Shown: positions 6,791-16,647 of the stretch, piece by piece
Layout of the letters: each line of letters starts with the position of its first letter
How positions within the stretch are numbered: the first letter of the stretch is position 1
DNA from: an uncultured Solirubrobacteraceae bacterium
Lineage (GTDB): Bacteria > Actinomycetota > Thermoleophilia > Solirubrobacterales > Solirubrobacteraceae
DNA length: 35,316 nucleotides
Assembly: GCA_964588985.1 (NCBI GenBank)
Contig: CAZPQW010000031.1
Span: forward strand, 1 to 35,316
Reading direction: 5' to 3'
Translations under genes and position numbers: made by a program
Notes under the pieces: model-generated
Told to the model about the DNA's origin: nothing
Seen by the model: the letters and a program-made list of their open reading frames with translations, nothing else
The model's database searches: none

Positions 6791-8536
6791 TCAGGCGGGA
6801 GCGGAGCGCCTTCCCCGAACGAATACGCCCACGAGCACCAGCGCGAGGACCAGCAGCGATGCGAACGTGCCGACCATCCCGAGGCGCAGAGCCCGCGACG
6901 ACGTCGTGGAGAACGACAGGGTCTTGTGTTCTCCAGGCTTACCGGTAATCCGCACAACCATCACCGAACGACCGTACGCCCCGCCGGGTTCGAGCGGAGT
7001 GCGTCCGACCGGCACGGCGCCGCTGACGGTCACGAGATACGGCCCGGCGGTGACGTTGGTGGCAACGGTTCCCTCCTGCGAGACCACTATGGGATACCTG
7101 TAGGTCGCGTTGAACGGGCTCGCGGGTAGTTCTACCGCCGGCCGTGCCACCAGTGGGGTGCCACCCACGAGCTGGCTTATCGTCGGCTTGACCACAGGTG
7201 CCGAGCTGTCGGCGAAATCGGCTCCGCTGTAGTAGCTGCTCGGAGGATTGACGGCCGATGAGAACACTTCCGTGCGGTCCTTGAAGTAGAAGGATGGCGT
7301 ATGCCACACCTGTCGTGTGGCCAGGGTCACGCTTACCAGCGCCACGAGCACGAGCGCCATCTCGGCCCAATGCCGTCGCCGTACAGGAGCCCGCTGGAGC
7401 ATCAACAGCGCACACGTCACGAGCCCGCAACCCGCCAGGGTCACGTAGATCACGAGGCGGAATGGAAACTGAAGGTTGTTCCACGGCTTGGGTAGGGCCC
7501 CCAACACGCCAGGAGACAAGACCAGCCAGATCAGGAGGGCCAGAAGCGCGATCAAACCCACAGCCGCTCGCTTGATGGGACCGGGCACCACTCTCCACGT
7601 CGCCGCCACGACGACGAGCGCCCATGCAATCGCAAGCACCGGGGCCTGCGCCTGAACGTCACCCGTGATCCAACTCGGATCGACCGTATCGCGAAGTACA
7701 CCAAACAACACTCCTGGCGTTGAGTACCACAATTGACTTATTGCGGTATCGGTGCCATGCAGGATACGATTGTGATAAGCCAGCGTGGGAATCAGGACCC
7801 ACGAGTTCACACCGAGGCCGGCGACTCCCACGCCCCCGACCGCAGCCACGCGGCGCCATTTCACCCCAGCTACGCGCCAAGCACTCGACAGCGCGAGGCC
7901 CAGCAGGGCGAGAAACGTGGTACCCCAGACGAGCGTGAGGGGATGACTGCCCGTGAACAGCACAACGGCGATGACAAACACCGCCAGATGCGTTACACGC
8001 CAGCGCCTCGCGCGAACGAGGTACACCGCACAGGCCACCACGAGTGGGATCGCCGACGTGCTGACCGTCTCACCGAAATCCCCCCTCCCGTAGATGTTCG
8101 TGACATAGTAAGACGAGGTCACATAGAGGATCGCCGGAACGTGCGCGCGCCACTGAGACAAGCCGAGCTGACGGCAGATCCACAGCCAGCCCGCATAGGC
8201 GCCGACAATTGCCACGATGTAGGTGAAGACATACGCGGCGAGAGGATGCTCGCCGCTCACGGTGGCCAGGAAGCCAACGGCAGAAAAAAGCGTGCCTCCG
8301 TAGAACAGATACTGTGGAAAGAAGGCACCGATCCCCGACTGCACGAAATACGACGGGTGACCTAGCGTTCTGATGTTCAGGCCCTGCTCCCAAACCAGCC
8401 AGAGGTTGTTGGACCAGTCCGAGGCATAGGGCCGAGATGTGACGATCATCGGCGCGATGAGCAGTCCGATGACAACCACAGACAGCAATCCGTACATACC
8501 TCCTGATACGGATTGCATGTGGGCCTTGAGTCGCAA
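6791..8536 (-). CDS. Polytopic membrane protein, GT-C-like (PTPS-related/YfhO-type)
   Basis: More than 10 TM segments; SDWSNNLW after TM1; LFYGG, TNIYGRGDFGE and LQFPFR motifs; extracytoplasmic domain before the last TM. Exact start uncertain. Confidence 0.75.
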   Translation of the reverse strand: MRLKAHMQSVSGGMYGLLSVVVIGLLIAPMIVTSRPYASDWSNNLWLVWEQGLNIRTLGHPSYFVQSGIGAFFPQYLFYGGTLFSAVGFLATVSGEHPLAAYVFTYIVAIVGAYAGWLWICRQLGLSQWRAHVPAILYVTSSYYVTNIYGRGDFGETVSTSAIPLVVACAVYLVRARRWRVTHLAVFVIAVVLFTGSHPLTLVWGTTFLALLGLALSSAWRVAGVKWRRVAAVGGVGVAGLGVNSWVLIPTLAYHNRILHGTDTAISQLWYSTPGVLFGVLRDTVDPSWITGDVQAQAPVLAIAWALVVVAATWRVVPGPIKRAAVGLIALLALLIWLVLSPGVLGALPKPWNNLQFPFRLVIYVTLAGCGLVTCALLMLQRAPVRRRHWAEMALVLVALVSVTLATRQVWHTPSFYFKDRTEVFSSAVNPPSSYYSGADFADSSAPVVKPTISQLVGGTPLVARPAVELPASPFNATYRYPIVVSQEGTVATNVTAGPYLVTVSGAVPVGRTPLEPGGAYGRSVMVVRITGKPGEHKTLSFSTTSSRALRLGMVGTFASLLVLALVLVGVFVRGRRSAPA

Positions 8537-8644
8537 AGTGACGTTCAGCCCGACGTGGAGAGGCGGCGGACGAGCCGTCAGACTACCAGCAGCTGATGCG
8601 GCGAGTGCGTTGACGGCCTCGAATGAGACCAGGCGCCGGGGCGG

Positions 8645-9763
8645 CTAGAAGATCTTGACGAGGATCGTCTGGGTGATCGTGTTGCCGCCGACAGTCACGG
8701 CCAACGTCATGCGCAGACCGTGGTGCTTACGGATCAAGCTCACGATCCTCGGCGACACGCGCATCGGAAGATGGTTGGTCTTGTTGCCCGTGAGACTGAA
8801 GGTGCTCTGCCCGACGCTCGCGACCTTGCCCGCGAACGTCAGGGTTGCGACCCCGGAGCATCCCTGGACGGGCCTGCAGTAGACCGCGATCGAGACGGCT
8901 CGATGACTGTTGATGCCGTCAGTCTGCGGACTGACCCTGATCGGCGGCAGGACGGGAGGCAGGCCAGCGGTGCCGCCGGGGCAGATGTGCGTGGCATCGG
9001 GTCCCGTGCCGAGCGTCATCTGCATCATCAGTTCCTCGTTGCGCGCGGCGGCGAAGCCATCCATCGCGCTCGTGTCGGAGGCGGCCATGATGTCGCCGTT
9101 GTTGGTCCCATCGCCCCTGATGAACGAGGCGAGGGTGGATCCCTGCACCGGCCCGAGGACCTGATAGGGAACCCCGCTCTGGTAGGTGTGTTCGACGAAG
9201 CCGCCCTCGTCGTTGAGGTCGACGTAGTCGCCTGCTGACACGCACAGGTTGACCGGTTTGTAGGTCGTGACGGTGGAGCCGCTGGCTTCGTTCTGGCCAC
9301 ATACCGGGATGTCGTACGGCTGCGAGCTGAGATTGACCTTGGCGCCGCCGCCCGGAAGTGGGGAGATCGACTGGAAGTGGACCTGGGTCAGCGGTGGCGG
9401 GCCTCCTGGCGTCGGCTTGGCGCAGCCCTCCAGCTTGATGCTCAGAGCCTGACCCGTCGCCGGGGCCGCAGCTTGGGTGTCCCACAGGGCTGTATCAGCA
9501 CCGTAGTGGTAGGTGTGGACCACGCCGTTTGGCGCTTCGGGGGAGGCCGGAACGTGTGTGTCCGTGCCCTGGTAGTTGAGGTTTTCTGCGGTGTTCAGGG
9601 TCGCCGGCACCGCGAGCGGGCTGCCGAAGGTCGTGATCGCGGCCGAGCTGAGCGCCGGCGTGAGGACCGCTGAGAGGCAACAGAGCAGGACCGCCGCGAG
9701 CGCGGCTCCCGCGGATAGGCGCTGCATACGGTGGACTGCGCGGAGGTTAGCGTGAGCGGTCAT
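8645..9763 (-). CDS. Secreted Cys-containing beta-rich protein
   Basis: Signal-like AALAAVLLCCLSAVLTPALSSAA; T/P/G-rich beta sequence with several Cys; basic C-terminal domain containing YCRPVQGCSG. Start may be ATG 9727. Confidence 0.8.
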   Translation of the reverse strand: MTAHANLRAVHRMQRLSAGAALAAVLLCCLSAVLTPALSSAAITTFGSPLAVPATLNTAENLNYQGTDTHVPASPEAPNGVVHTYHYGADTALWDTQAAAPATGQALSIKLEGCAKPTPGGPPPLTQVHFQSISPLPGGGAKVNLSSQPYDIPVCGQNEASGSTVTTYKPVNLCVSAGDYVDLNDEGGFVEHTYQSGVPYQVLGPVQGSTLASFIRGDGTNNGDIMAASDTSAMDGFAAARNEELMMQMTLGTGPDATHICPGGTAGLPPVLPPIRVSPQTDGINSHRAVSIAVYCRPVQGCSGVATLTFAGKVASVGQSTFSLTGNKTNHLPMRVSPRIVSLIRKHHGLRMTLAVTVGGNTITQTILVKIF

Positions 9764-9795
9764 GGTGCGTGATTCGGCATCGGCGCCCTTGAGCC

Positions 9796-10968
9796 TTGAC
9801 CGGATCGATCGCCAGCGGACGGGTATCCATGTCGGGGATGCGTTCGGCCATATCTACTAACTTTGAGGTGGTGCTCGTCGAAGACCGAGAGGCGCAAGGC
9901 GGCGATTTGGCGCTCCCCCCCGGACGGCCTTGGAGCAGACGAGGCCTGCCGTCGCGGCCACCGGCCAAGCGATCGCGACTGCTCCTGAACGCTGTGACGA
10001 TCCTCGTCACGCTGCTTTTCTCGTACGTCGCGTTGAGCAACATCAACCTGTCGCTTGCGTGGCGTGCGTTGCGCACGAGCAACTACTGGTGGCTTGCCGC
10101 GGCGCTGATCGCCTTCGGCTTGGGCAACGTCGCCCGCGCCCTGCGCTGGCGCGCGCTGTTCGCTCGCGGCCGCCGACCGCCCATCGGAGCGGTCGCGACC
10201 GCGATGATGATCGGCTACCTCTACAACAACATCCTGCCTGCCCGGGCCGGCGAAGCGGCACGGGTTGTGGTGCTCACCCAGCGCAGCGACTCGGCGCCTG
10301 TGGAGATCGTCGGCACCGTGGTGCTGGAGCGTTTGTATGACGTGCTCGCGATCCTCCTCATCTTCTTCGCCGCCGAGCCCTGGCTGCCGCACGTGAGCTG
10401 GTTCGGCGCGGCAGCCGTCGCAGCGCTCGTGCTCGCGCTGCTGATCGCTGCAGCCGCAACGGTCCTCGCGGTCTTCGGCGACCGCCCTCTACGGCTGCTG
10501 CTGAAGCCTCTGCGCCGGCTGTCGCTCTTCTCCGGAGAGCGGCTCGAGCGAACGATCGCCGAGCTGGTGCACGGCCTCAGTGGGCTGAGGCACGCGAGAC
10601 TTGCGCTCGAAGCGTCCATGTGGACGATCGCCGCTTGGATCTTCACGGCGCTGTGCTCGTACCTCGTGAGCCTCGCCTTCCATCTGCATCTTCCGCTCGC
10701 CTGCGGCGTGCTCATCGCCGTGGCGGTCGGGCTGGGCATGATCCTGCCCTCCCCACCGGCCGCGGTCGGCGTATTCGAGGGCGCGGCGCTGATCGCATTG
10801 AGCGCATACGGCATCCCCCACTCCTCCGCCCTGCCATACGCCGTTGTGCTGCACCTCGTCAACTTCGTGCCATTCGTGCTCGTGGGAGCACTCACGCTGC
10901 ATTACAGCTCACGCCATCCTCGACATCCTGGGATCGGCGAGGCCACATCTGCCGCGCCTTCGACGTGA
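9796..10968 (+). CDS. UPF0104 / lysylphosphatidylglycerol-synthase-TM family (flippase-like) membrane protein
   Basis: RALRWRAL, NNILPARAGEAAR, ERLYD and PSPPAAVGVFE motifs. True start probably lies downstream of 9796. Confidence 0.88.
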   Translation: MTGSIASGRVSMSGMRSAISTNFEVVLVEDREAQGGDLALPPGRPWSRRGLPSRPPAKRSRLLLNAVTILVTLLFSYVALSNINLSLAWRALRTSNYWWLAAALIAFGLGNVARALRWRALFARGRRPPIGAVATAMMIGYLYNNILPARAGEAARVVVLTQRSDSAPVEIVGTVVLERLYDVLAILLIFFAAEPWLPHVSWFGAAAVAALVLALLIAAAATVLAVFGDRPLRLLLKPLRRLSLFSGERLERTIAELVHGLSGLRHARLALEASMWTIAAWIFTALCSYLVSLAFHLHLPLACGVLIAVAVGLGMILPSPPAAVGVFEGAALIALSAYGIPHSSALPYAVVLHLVNFVPFVLVGALTLHYSSRHPRHPGIGEATSAAPST

Positions 10969-12947
10969 TGCGGGACATAGGCAGCACAACGAGCCCACCC
11001 GAGAGAACGACGCGGCAGCGGAGTTCCCCCACAGTTGCCTCAGCACGCGTCGTCAATCGCCGGTCTCTGGACCGTCTCGCTCCGCTGGCTTATGTGATCG
11101 TCCTGGTCGGTAGCGCGTTCGCCGCCTACTGGGCGATGTTCAGCGAGTTCGCGCCGTACGACGACTCCGGGTACTTCATCCACTCGATTCGTCTTTTCAG
11201 CCAAGGCCAGCCTCTGTATGACCGTGTGTTCACCGACTACGGCCCGTTCTCGTACGAGCTGTGGGCGGCGGTGTTCGCGATTGCCGGTCACACCGTCTCG
11301 ACCGACTCTGGCCGTCTTGCCGTGGTGGGGCTATGGCTGCTGACGAGTCTCGTGCTGGGCATCAGCTGCCAGCGCCTCACCGGACGCCTTGCGCTTGGGG
11401 TCGTTGTCCAGGCGCTGAGCTTCACGGTGCTCATCGCATTGAACGCGGAGCCGATGCATGCAAGCGGCGTGGTGTGCGCACTGTTCGCCGCCACAATCGC
11501 ACTCGTCAGCTTCGTGCTGCCGAGCCGTCCACGAGCCGCTTTCCTCACCCTCGGCGCGCTGGTCGCCGCCCTGGGCCTGACGAAGGTCAATATCGGCGGC
11601 TTTGCCGGCATTGCCGTCGCCTACGCCACCGTGATGGCGCTGCCAGCGCTGTGGCGACACGACCTGCTGCGCTGGCTCGCGGCTGCCGCGCTCGTCGCCG
11701 TCGGACCTGTGCTGATGTGGAGCAACCTCACTCAGCAATGGGCCCAGAACTACGCGATTCTGGCTGTCGCGGGGGGCACAGCGCTCATCCTCGTGAGCGA
11801 CACCTCCGACGCGACCAATGACGTAAAGGAGGCTGCCAGCCAATGGGTGGTGTGGCTGCTGACCGGCTTCTTCGCATGCGCGGCAGTGGTCGTCGGGATC
11901 GTCTTGGCGCTTGGCACGTCGCTCGGGGCATTGGTTCGGGAGACCGTCGTGGTGCCCATGCATCAGGGCAATGCGTTCACACTGCCGATCAGTCTCACTG
12001 GAGATGTCATCTACTGGGCGGTGGGCGCCGTCGCCGTGGCGTGGGTGGTCCGGCGCATGCGAGCCAGGTCCGGGATCACCCATCGACCGGGGCTGGTCGG
12101 TGCGCTCGGTCGAGTGTTCGCGGCGCTCGGCATCTGGTTTTCGATCGTCGCCGCCGACCCGCTCAACATCTCGCCTGAGAACGCCAACTTCGCGCTCGCG
12201 ATCGTCCTCGCCTGGGTGGCGGCGATTCCCTCGACCCGCGACGACGGCAGCCTGCAGGGCCGTTTTGCACGCCTGTTCATTCCGTCGCTCGCCGTTCTCC
12301 AGGCGCTCATGGCCTATCCGGTCGCCGGCACCCAGCTGATGTTCGGCTCGCTGCTGTTCCTCGTGTGTGGCGCGATCTGCTTCGCCGACGGTTGGAGCGA
12401 TCTCGAAGCCTGGGGCTCCGCGCAAAGCATCCCGGACGGCGCGCTGGCTCCACGTACCGTCATGGTCGCGCTCGCCACCGCGTTGGCTGTCGCGTTCAGC
12501 TTCCAATACGTCGAGCGCCCGATGGAATTCTGGGGAGACGCCTACGCAACCAATCCGAGCCTGCGGATCGCCGGCGCGACGAGACTGCACCTGCCCGCCG
12601 CTCGAGCGTCGGCTCTCGAGCAAATCACCGCGCTGCTACGGGCCCGCTGTCGTAGCGTGATCACGCTGCCGGGCCTGCTTTCGTTCAATCTCTGGAGCGG
12701 CCTTCCCGCACCCAGCGGGCTCACCGCGGAGCCGTTCTGGCACCTGCTGAGCGCCTCGCAGGAACTGGCCGCCCTTGCGAGCGCGAGGGCGGCCACCGGA
12801 CTCTGCGCGGTCCGTAACGACGAACTGGCGGCGAGCTGGGACAACGGCAAGCCGCCGCCACAGACTCCTCTGGTGCGGTTCATCGACGAGGAATTCACGC
12901 CGATCGCGCAATACGAAGGCTACGTGGTGAGCGTGCGCCGCTCGTGA
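10968..12947 (+). CDS. GT-C-like polytopic membrane glycosyltransferase
   Basis: TGATG coupling to the upstream gene gives the start at 10968. PYDDSGYF..GQPLYDRVFTDYGP after TM1; LTKVNIG; many TMs; soluble C-terminal domain. Confidence 0.78.
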   Translation: MRDIGSTTSPPERTTRQRSSPTVASARVVNRRSLDRLAPLAYVIVLVGSAFAAYWAMFSEFAPYDDSGYFIHSIRLFSQGQPLYDRVFTDYGPFSYELWAAVFAIAGHTVSTDSGRLAVVGLWLLTSLVLGISCQRLTGRLALGVVVQALSFTVLIALNAEPMHASGVVCALFAATIALVSFVLPSRPRAAFLTLGALVAALGLTKVNIGGFAGIAVAYATVMALPALWRHDLLRWLAAAALVAVGPVLMWSNLTQQWAQNYAILAVAGGTALILVSDTSDATNDVKEAASQWVVWLLTGFFACAAVVVGIVLALGTSLGALVRETVVVPMHQGNAFTLPISLTGDVIYWAVGAVAVAWVVRRMRARSGITHRPGLVGALGRVFAALGIWFSIVAADPLNISPENANFALAIVLAWVAAIPSTRDDGSLQGRFARLFIPSLAVLQALMAYPVAGTQLMFGSLLFLVCGAICFADGWSDLEAWGSAQSIPDGALAPRTVMVALATALAVAFSFQYVERPMEFWGDAYATNPSLRIAGATRLHLPAARASALEQITALLRARCRSVITLPGLLSFNLWSGLPAPSGLTAEPFWHLLSASQELAALASARAATGLCAVRNDELAASWDNGKPPPQTPLVRFIDEEFTPIAQYEGYVVSVRRS

Positions 12948-12989
12948 TGCACGCGACAGAAGCGACCCCGACTTAGGACCTGGTCTGCG

Positions 12990-14732
12990 CTAGCCGGCGA
13001 CCGCACAGATGGTCAGCGCAGAGGAGGAGACGACCTGCGCGTACCACGGCTGTGGGGCTGTGTCGGGCGGGATCGTCAACCTCCCCGTCGAGCGCGGCCC
13101 AAGCGCCGATGCGATCGGGGCGAACGCGTCGCCGAAGCGCCTCAAGGCGAGCGTGGCCGGGGCTGTGCCGCCGTCACCGAGGACCACCCCACTGCGCGGC
13201 AGCAAGATCACGGCGCTCATCGTCGCCCCCGGCCCGGGCGAGAACTCCGTACAGCCGCCGAGCCGAGCCTGCGTGCCTCCGAGGAGTCCCAGCACCTGCG
13301 GGGCGGGCGCAGACGATCGCACCTTGGTCGCATACGGCGTGAGCTTGGGCGCCTCCAGCGCCAGCAGGACACCATCGGCCGCCCCGCGCGAGACGGCATC
13401 GGCCGAGGTGATCGTGGCTGGGCTGTCGGCCGGTGAGGAGCCGATTGCTCGGACGGTGTGCAGGTAGGTCCCCGCAGCGATCTGAGGCGCACGCTGCGAG
13501 TCCGGCTGATATCCCGGCGGTGCGTACGCCGCCGCGATTTCCAACGCTCCGAGCTCCGCCGCAACGACCTTCGAGGTCGACCGCAGGCCGCTCGCCCCGT
13601 TGTACAGCGGCGTCAGCCCGGTGATCGCGCAGAGGCCCACCAGCACCGCCGCCGACGCCATCGCTTGAGGCGTGATCGTGAGGCCGCGCAGCAGCTCGAC
13701 GCCGACCAGCACGACCACCACCGCGCCGAGGTACACATAGCGGCTCGTTTCCGGGGCCGAGGTGGTGGAGCGCGCCGTCGCCGTGATCACCCACAGCGAG
13801 AGGCCCGTCGCCAGCAACCCGGCCAGCCGCGCCGATATCGGCGTCGATCCGGACAAGCGCCGGAGCAAGACCAGAAGTCCGACCAACGCAAGAGGGCGGC
13901 CCCAGTCGAGCCCTCGTCCCACGAGAGCACCAACCGCCGCAGCGGCCAGGTCCACGGCGAAGCCCGGCGCGTTGATCAAGCTGCCGCTGGTTACCTCGCT
14001 TTCGCCATGGCCCAGGTACCACGCGACATACAGGAGGGCCGGCACCGCGACCACAAAGCCCCGATTCCAATCGCGCCGCCACGCCAGCTCGACGGCCACA
14101 CCCACTACAAGCGGTATGCCGAGGCTCGAGCTGCCAACGGCCAGCACCAGGCATCCCGTCGCAAGCAAGTCCCAGGCCCGATCGCGGCGTTCGAGTAGAC
14201 ACCACGCGGCCAGGCCACCGACAATCGAGAGCAGGTAGCCAATCTGAAAGGCCCAGAGCAGGTCTTCCCACGCTGCCCCGAGGAACAAGATCAAGGACGC
14301 GGCAAGCAGCGCTGGGAGATTGGCGATTCGTCGTCTGGCAAGCGTGAAGATCAGGCTGGCCGCGAATAGATGCAGCACGACGACCGCTAGACGAAAGACC
14401 GTGTAGTGGTCGAGCCCGACGAGGTGGAAGAGGACCTTGTAGGCCGCCACAGGGAACACCGAGATGTTGCCCACGTGCGCCGCCAGCAGGGAGTGCAGCC
14501 CTCCTCCGTAATCGTGGGTGACGAAATCCCAGTCGTCGTAGAAGAACGTGAGCTCGCGCCCCATGTGCAGCAGCAGGGCCGCCTCGATGAAGATCAACCC
14601 AGCCATCGCCCATCGGGCGTTCCGGTCGATCGCAGCGACGGTGCCCTCGAGCCATCTCGACGCGTGCGGCACTGTCGAAGAAGCCACCGTCTGACTCTCC
14701 TCGAGCAGCGGCGGATCGGCCAGAGGGCCCAT
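12990..14732 (-). CDS. GT-C-like polytopic membrane protein
   Basis: TGATG coupling with the GT2 stop gives the start at 14732. FFYDDWDF after TM1; WEDLLWAFQ; SRYVY; extracytoplasmic C-terminal domain. Confidence 0.75.
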   Translation of the reverse strand: MGPLADPPLLEESQTVASSTVPHASRWLEGTVAAIDRNARWAMAGLIFIEAALLLHMGRELTFFYDDWDFVTHDYGGGLHSLLAAHVGNISVFPVAAYKVLFHLVGLDHYTVFRLAVVVLHLFAASLIFTLARRRIANLPALLAASLILFLGAAWEDLLWAFQIGYLLSIVGGLAAWCLLERRDRAWDLLATGCLVLAVGSSSLGIPLVVGVAVELAWRRDWNRGFVVAVPALLYVAWYLGHGESEVTSGSLINAPGFAVDLAAAAVGALVGRGLDWGRPLALVGLLVLLRRLSGSTPISARLAGLLATGLSLWVITATARSTTSAPETSRYVYLGAVVVVLVGVELLRGLTITPQAMASAAVLVGLCAITGLTPLYNGASGLRSTSKVVAAELGALEIAAAYAPPGYQPDSQRAPQIAAGTYLHTVRAIGSSPADSPATITSADAVSRGAADGVLLALEAPKLTPYATKVRSSAPAPQVLGLLGGTQARLGGCTEFSPGPGATMSAVILLPRSGVVLGDGGTAPATLALRRFGDAFAPIASALGPRSTGRLTIPPDTAPQPWYAQVVSSSALTICAVAG

Positions 14733-15565
14733 CAGCGAGCTCCCGAGCCGTCGGTGAACCTCGATCGTGCTCGCCCGTGGCCGTTGGCGCTCACCAGGTC
14801 CGGGTTTGGGCGCTCGCGATCGCCGTCCGGCCGGTCTGGGCGATGGTAGTCCCCGCGACTGAGGTGATGCTCGAGGAACACGTACAGCACGATGAAGAGA
14901 TACCGGCTCCCCATCTCTTGGAGCTTCAGCTTGGAGACTCCATATGCGCGGTTCGTCCACGAGATCGGCACCACCGCGTAGGAGTGCCCACGGACGATCG
15001 CCTTCAGCGGCATCTCCACCGTCAAGTTGAAGTGGTTCGAGAGCAGCGGCTGGATGTGCTCGATGACCTCGCGCCTATACGCCTTGAAAGCGTTCGTCGT
15101 GTCGTTGTAGCCGTGACGGAACAGAACGCGAATCCCCAGATTCACCAGCCGATTGAGAATCAGCTTGACTCTTGGATAGTCGTTCACCTTTCCACCGCGC
15201 ACGAACCGTGAGCCAAATGCGCAGTCGTAACCTTCTTGAAGAACCTCGTAGTAGCGCACGAGATCCTTCGGCGAGTCAGACAGATCGGCCATCACGATCG
15301 CTACCGCGTCTCCTGTGAACTCGTCCAACCCGGCACGCACGGCCTGACCGAATCCCGGTGGGCGAGACGAGCGCACGCAGCGCACCGCCGGGTTGGCCCT
15401 CGCGATCTTCAGCACTGCAGCACTGGTGCCGTCACTGCTGGCATCGTCGACCACGACGATCTCGTAAGGGATCTCGCGGGCCTCCAGTTCCGCGACCAGC
15501 GCCTCGACGGTCACACCGATCGACTCCTGCTCGTTGTGAGCAGGGATCACGACCGACAGCTTCAT
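14732..15565 (-). CDS. GT2 polyprenyl-phosphate glycosyltransferase (DPM1/GtrB-like, no TM tail)
   Basis: [51 protein letters not shown]. Confidence 0.9.
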   Translation of the reverse strand: MKLSVVIPAHNEQESIGVTVEALVAELEAREIPYEIVVVDDASSDGTSAAVLKIARANPAVRCVRSSRPPGFGQAVRAGLDEFTGDAVAIVMADLSDSPKDLVRYYEVLQEGYDCAFGSRFVRGGKVNDYPRVKLILNRLVNLGIRVLFRHGYNDTTNAFKAYRREVIEHIQPLLSNHFNLTVEMPLKAIVRGHSYAVVPISWTNRAYGVSKLKLQEMGSRYLFIVLYVFLEHHLSRGDYHRPDRPDGDRERPNPDLVSANGHGRARSRFTDGSGAR

Positions 15566-16635
15566 ACGCCGGCGACCCAGCGCTCGACGTTACGATCGTG
15601 TATCTGGCGAAGGATGTCCCGAACGTCGTGGTTGATGTCCCACCCCGGATAGTCCTGCTTGAAGGGCTCCAGGTCGCTGATCCACCAGCGGTGATCACCG
15701 ATCCTGTTCTCCTCGCCGAGGCTCCACTCGAGCTCACGCCCGGCGATCTCCTGGCACAGCTCGATCGCCTCCAACATCGAGCAGTTGCTCTGCCGCCCGC
15801 CGCCGATGTTGTATACGGCGGCGCATCGCGGCTCGCGGTGAAAGGCATCGAACGCCGCCACCAGGTCAGCTGAGTGGATGTTGTCGCGCACCTGCTTTCC
15901 TCCGTAGCCGAACACCGTGTATGGCTCACCGGTCACCGTGCAGCGCATCAGGTAGGAGAGGAACCCGTGCAGCTGAGTCCCGGCGTGATTGGGGCCGGTG
16001 AGGCAACCTCCACGAAAGCAGACAGTCCGCATCCCGAAATAACGGCCGTACTCCTGCACCAGCAGGTCTGCGGAGACCTTCGAGACACCGAAGAGCGAGT
16101 GGGTCGAGAGGTCGATCGACATGGATGTGTCGATTCCCTGGTGATAGCGATGACCTGCGGGTAGCTCCAAGCGCTGCTCGAGCTCGACGAGCGGAAGGGC
16201 GTTGGGGGTGTCCCCGTAGACCTTGTTGGTGGAGCAGAAGATGAAGGTCGCGCCGGATGAGTGACGGCGGGTGGCCTCGAGCAGGTTGAGCGTGCCGTTG
16301 GCGTTGACCGCGAAGTCGGTCTGCGGATCCGATGCCGCCCAGTCGTGTGAAGGCTGCGCTGCCGTGTGGATCACCAGCTCGATCTCCCCGGCTCGATCCG
16401 CGAAGATCCGCGCGACGCCATCGGCGTCTCGTATGTCCACCTCGAGCGAGCGAAACTCGTCGGGGTGGCTTCGCGTCAGCGCATCGGTGGTGTGGGCCGT
16501 CGAGGCTCCCGCTCCGAAGAACCTCGCGCGCATGTCGTTCTCGAGACCGATCACGTCGTAGCCGGCCTCGATGAAGTGCCGCACGGACTCCGAGCCGATC
16601 AGGCCTCCGGATCCGGTGACGATTGCTACAGGCAT
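15562..16635 (-). CDS. NAD-dependent epimerase/dehydratase, CDP-tyvelose-2-epimerase-like, with FxxxK in place of YxxxK
   Basis: [47 protein letters not shown] coupling to the GT2. Confidence 0.88.
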   Translation of the reverse strand: MPVAIVTGSGGLIGSESVRHFIEAGYDVIGLENDMRARFFGAGASTAHTTDALTRSHPDEFRSLEVDIRDADGVARIFADRAGEIELVIHTAAQPSHDWAASDPQTDFAVNANGTLNLLEATRRHSSGATFIFCSTNKVYGDTPNALPLVELEQRLELPAGHRYHQGIDTSMSIDLSTHSLFGVSKVSADLLVQEYGRYFGMRTVCFRGGCLTGPNHAGTQLHGFLSYLMRCTVTGEPYTVFGYGGKQVRDNIHSADLVAAFDAFHREPRCAAVYNIGGGRQSNCSMLEAIELCQEIAGRELEWSLGEENRIGDHRWWISDLEPFKQDYPGWDINHDVRDILRQIHDRNVERWVAGV

Positions 16636-16647
16636 TTGGTCCTTTCG

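Noticed and set aside
9796-10968. Calling this gene mprF (lysyl-PG synthase)
   Set aside because: Only the membrane domain is present; there is no aminoacyl-transferase domain.
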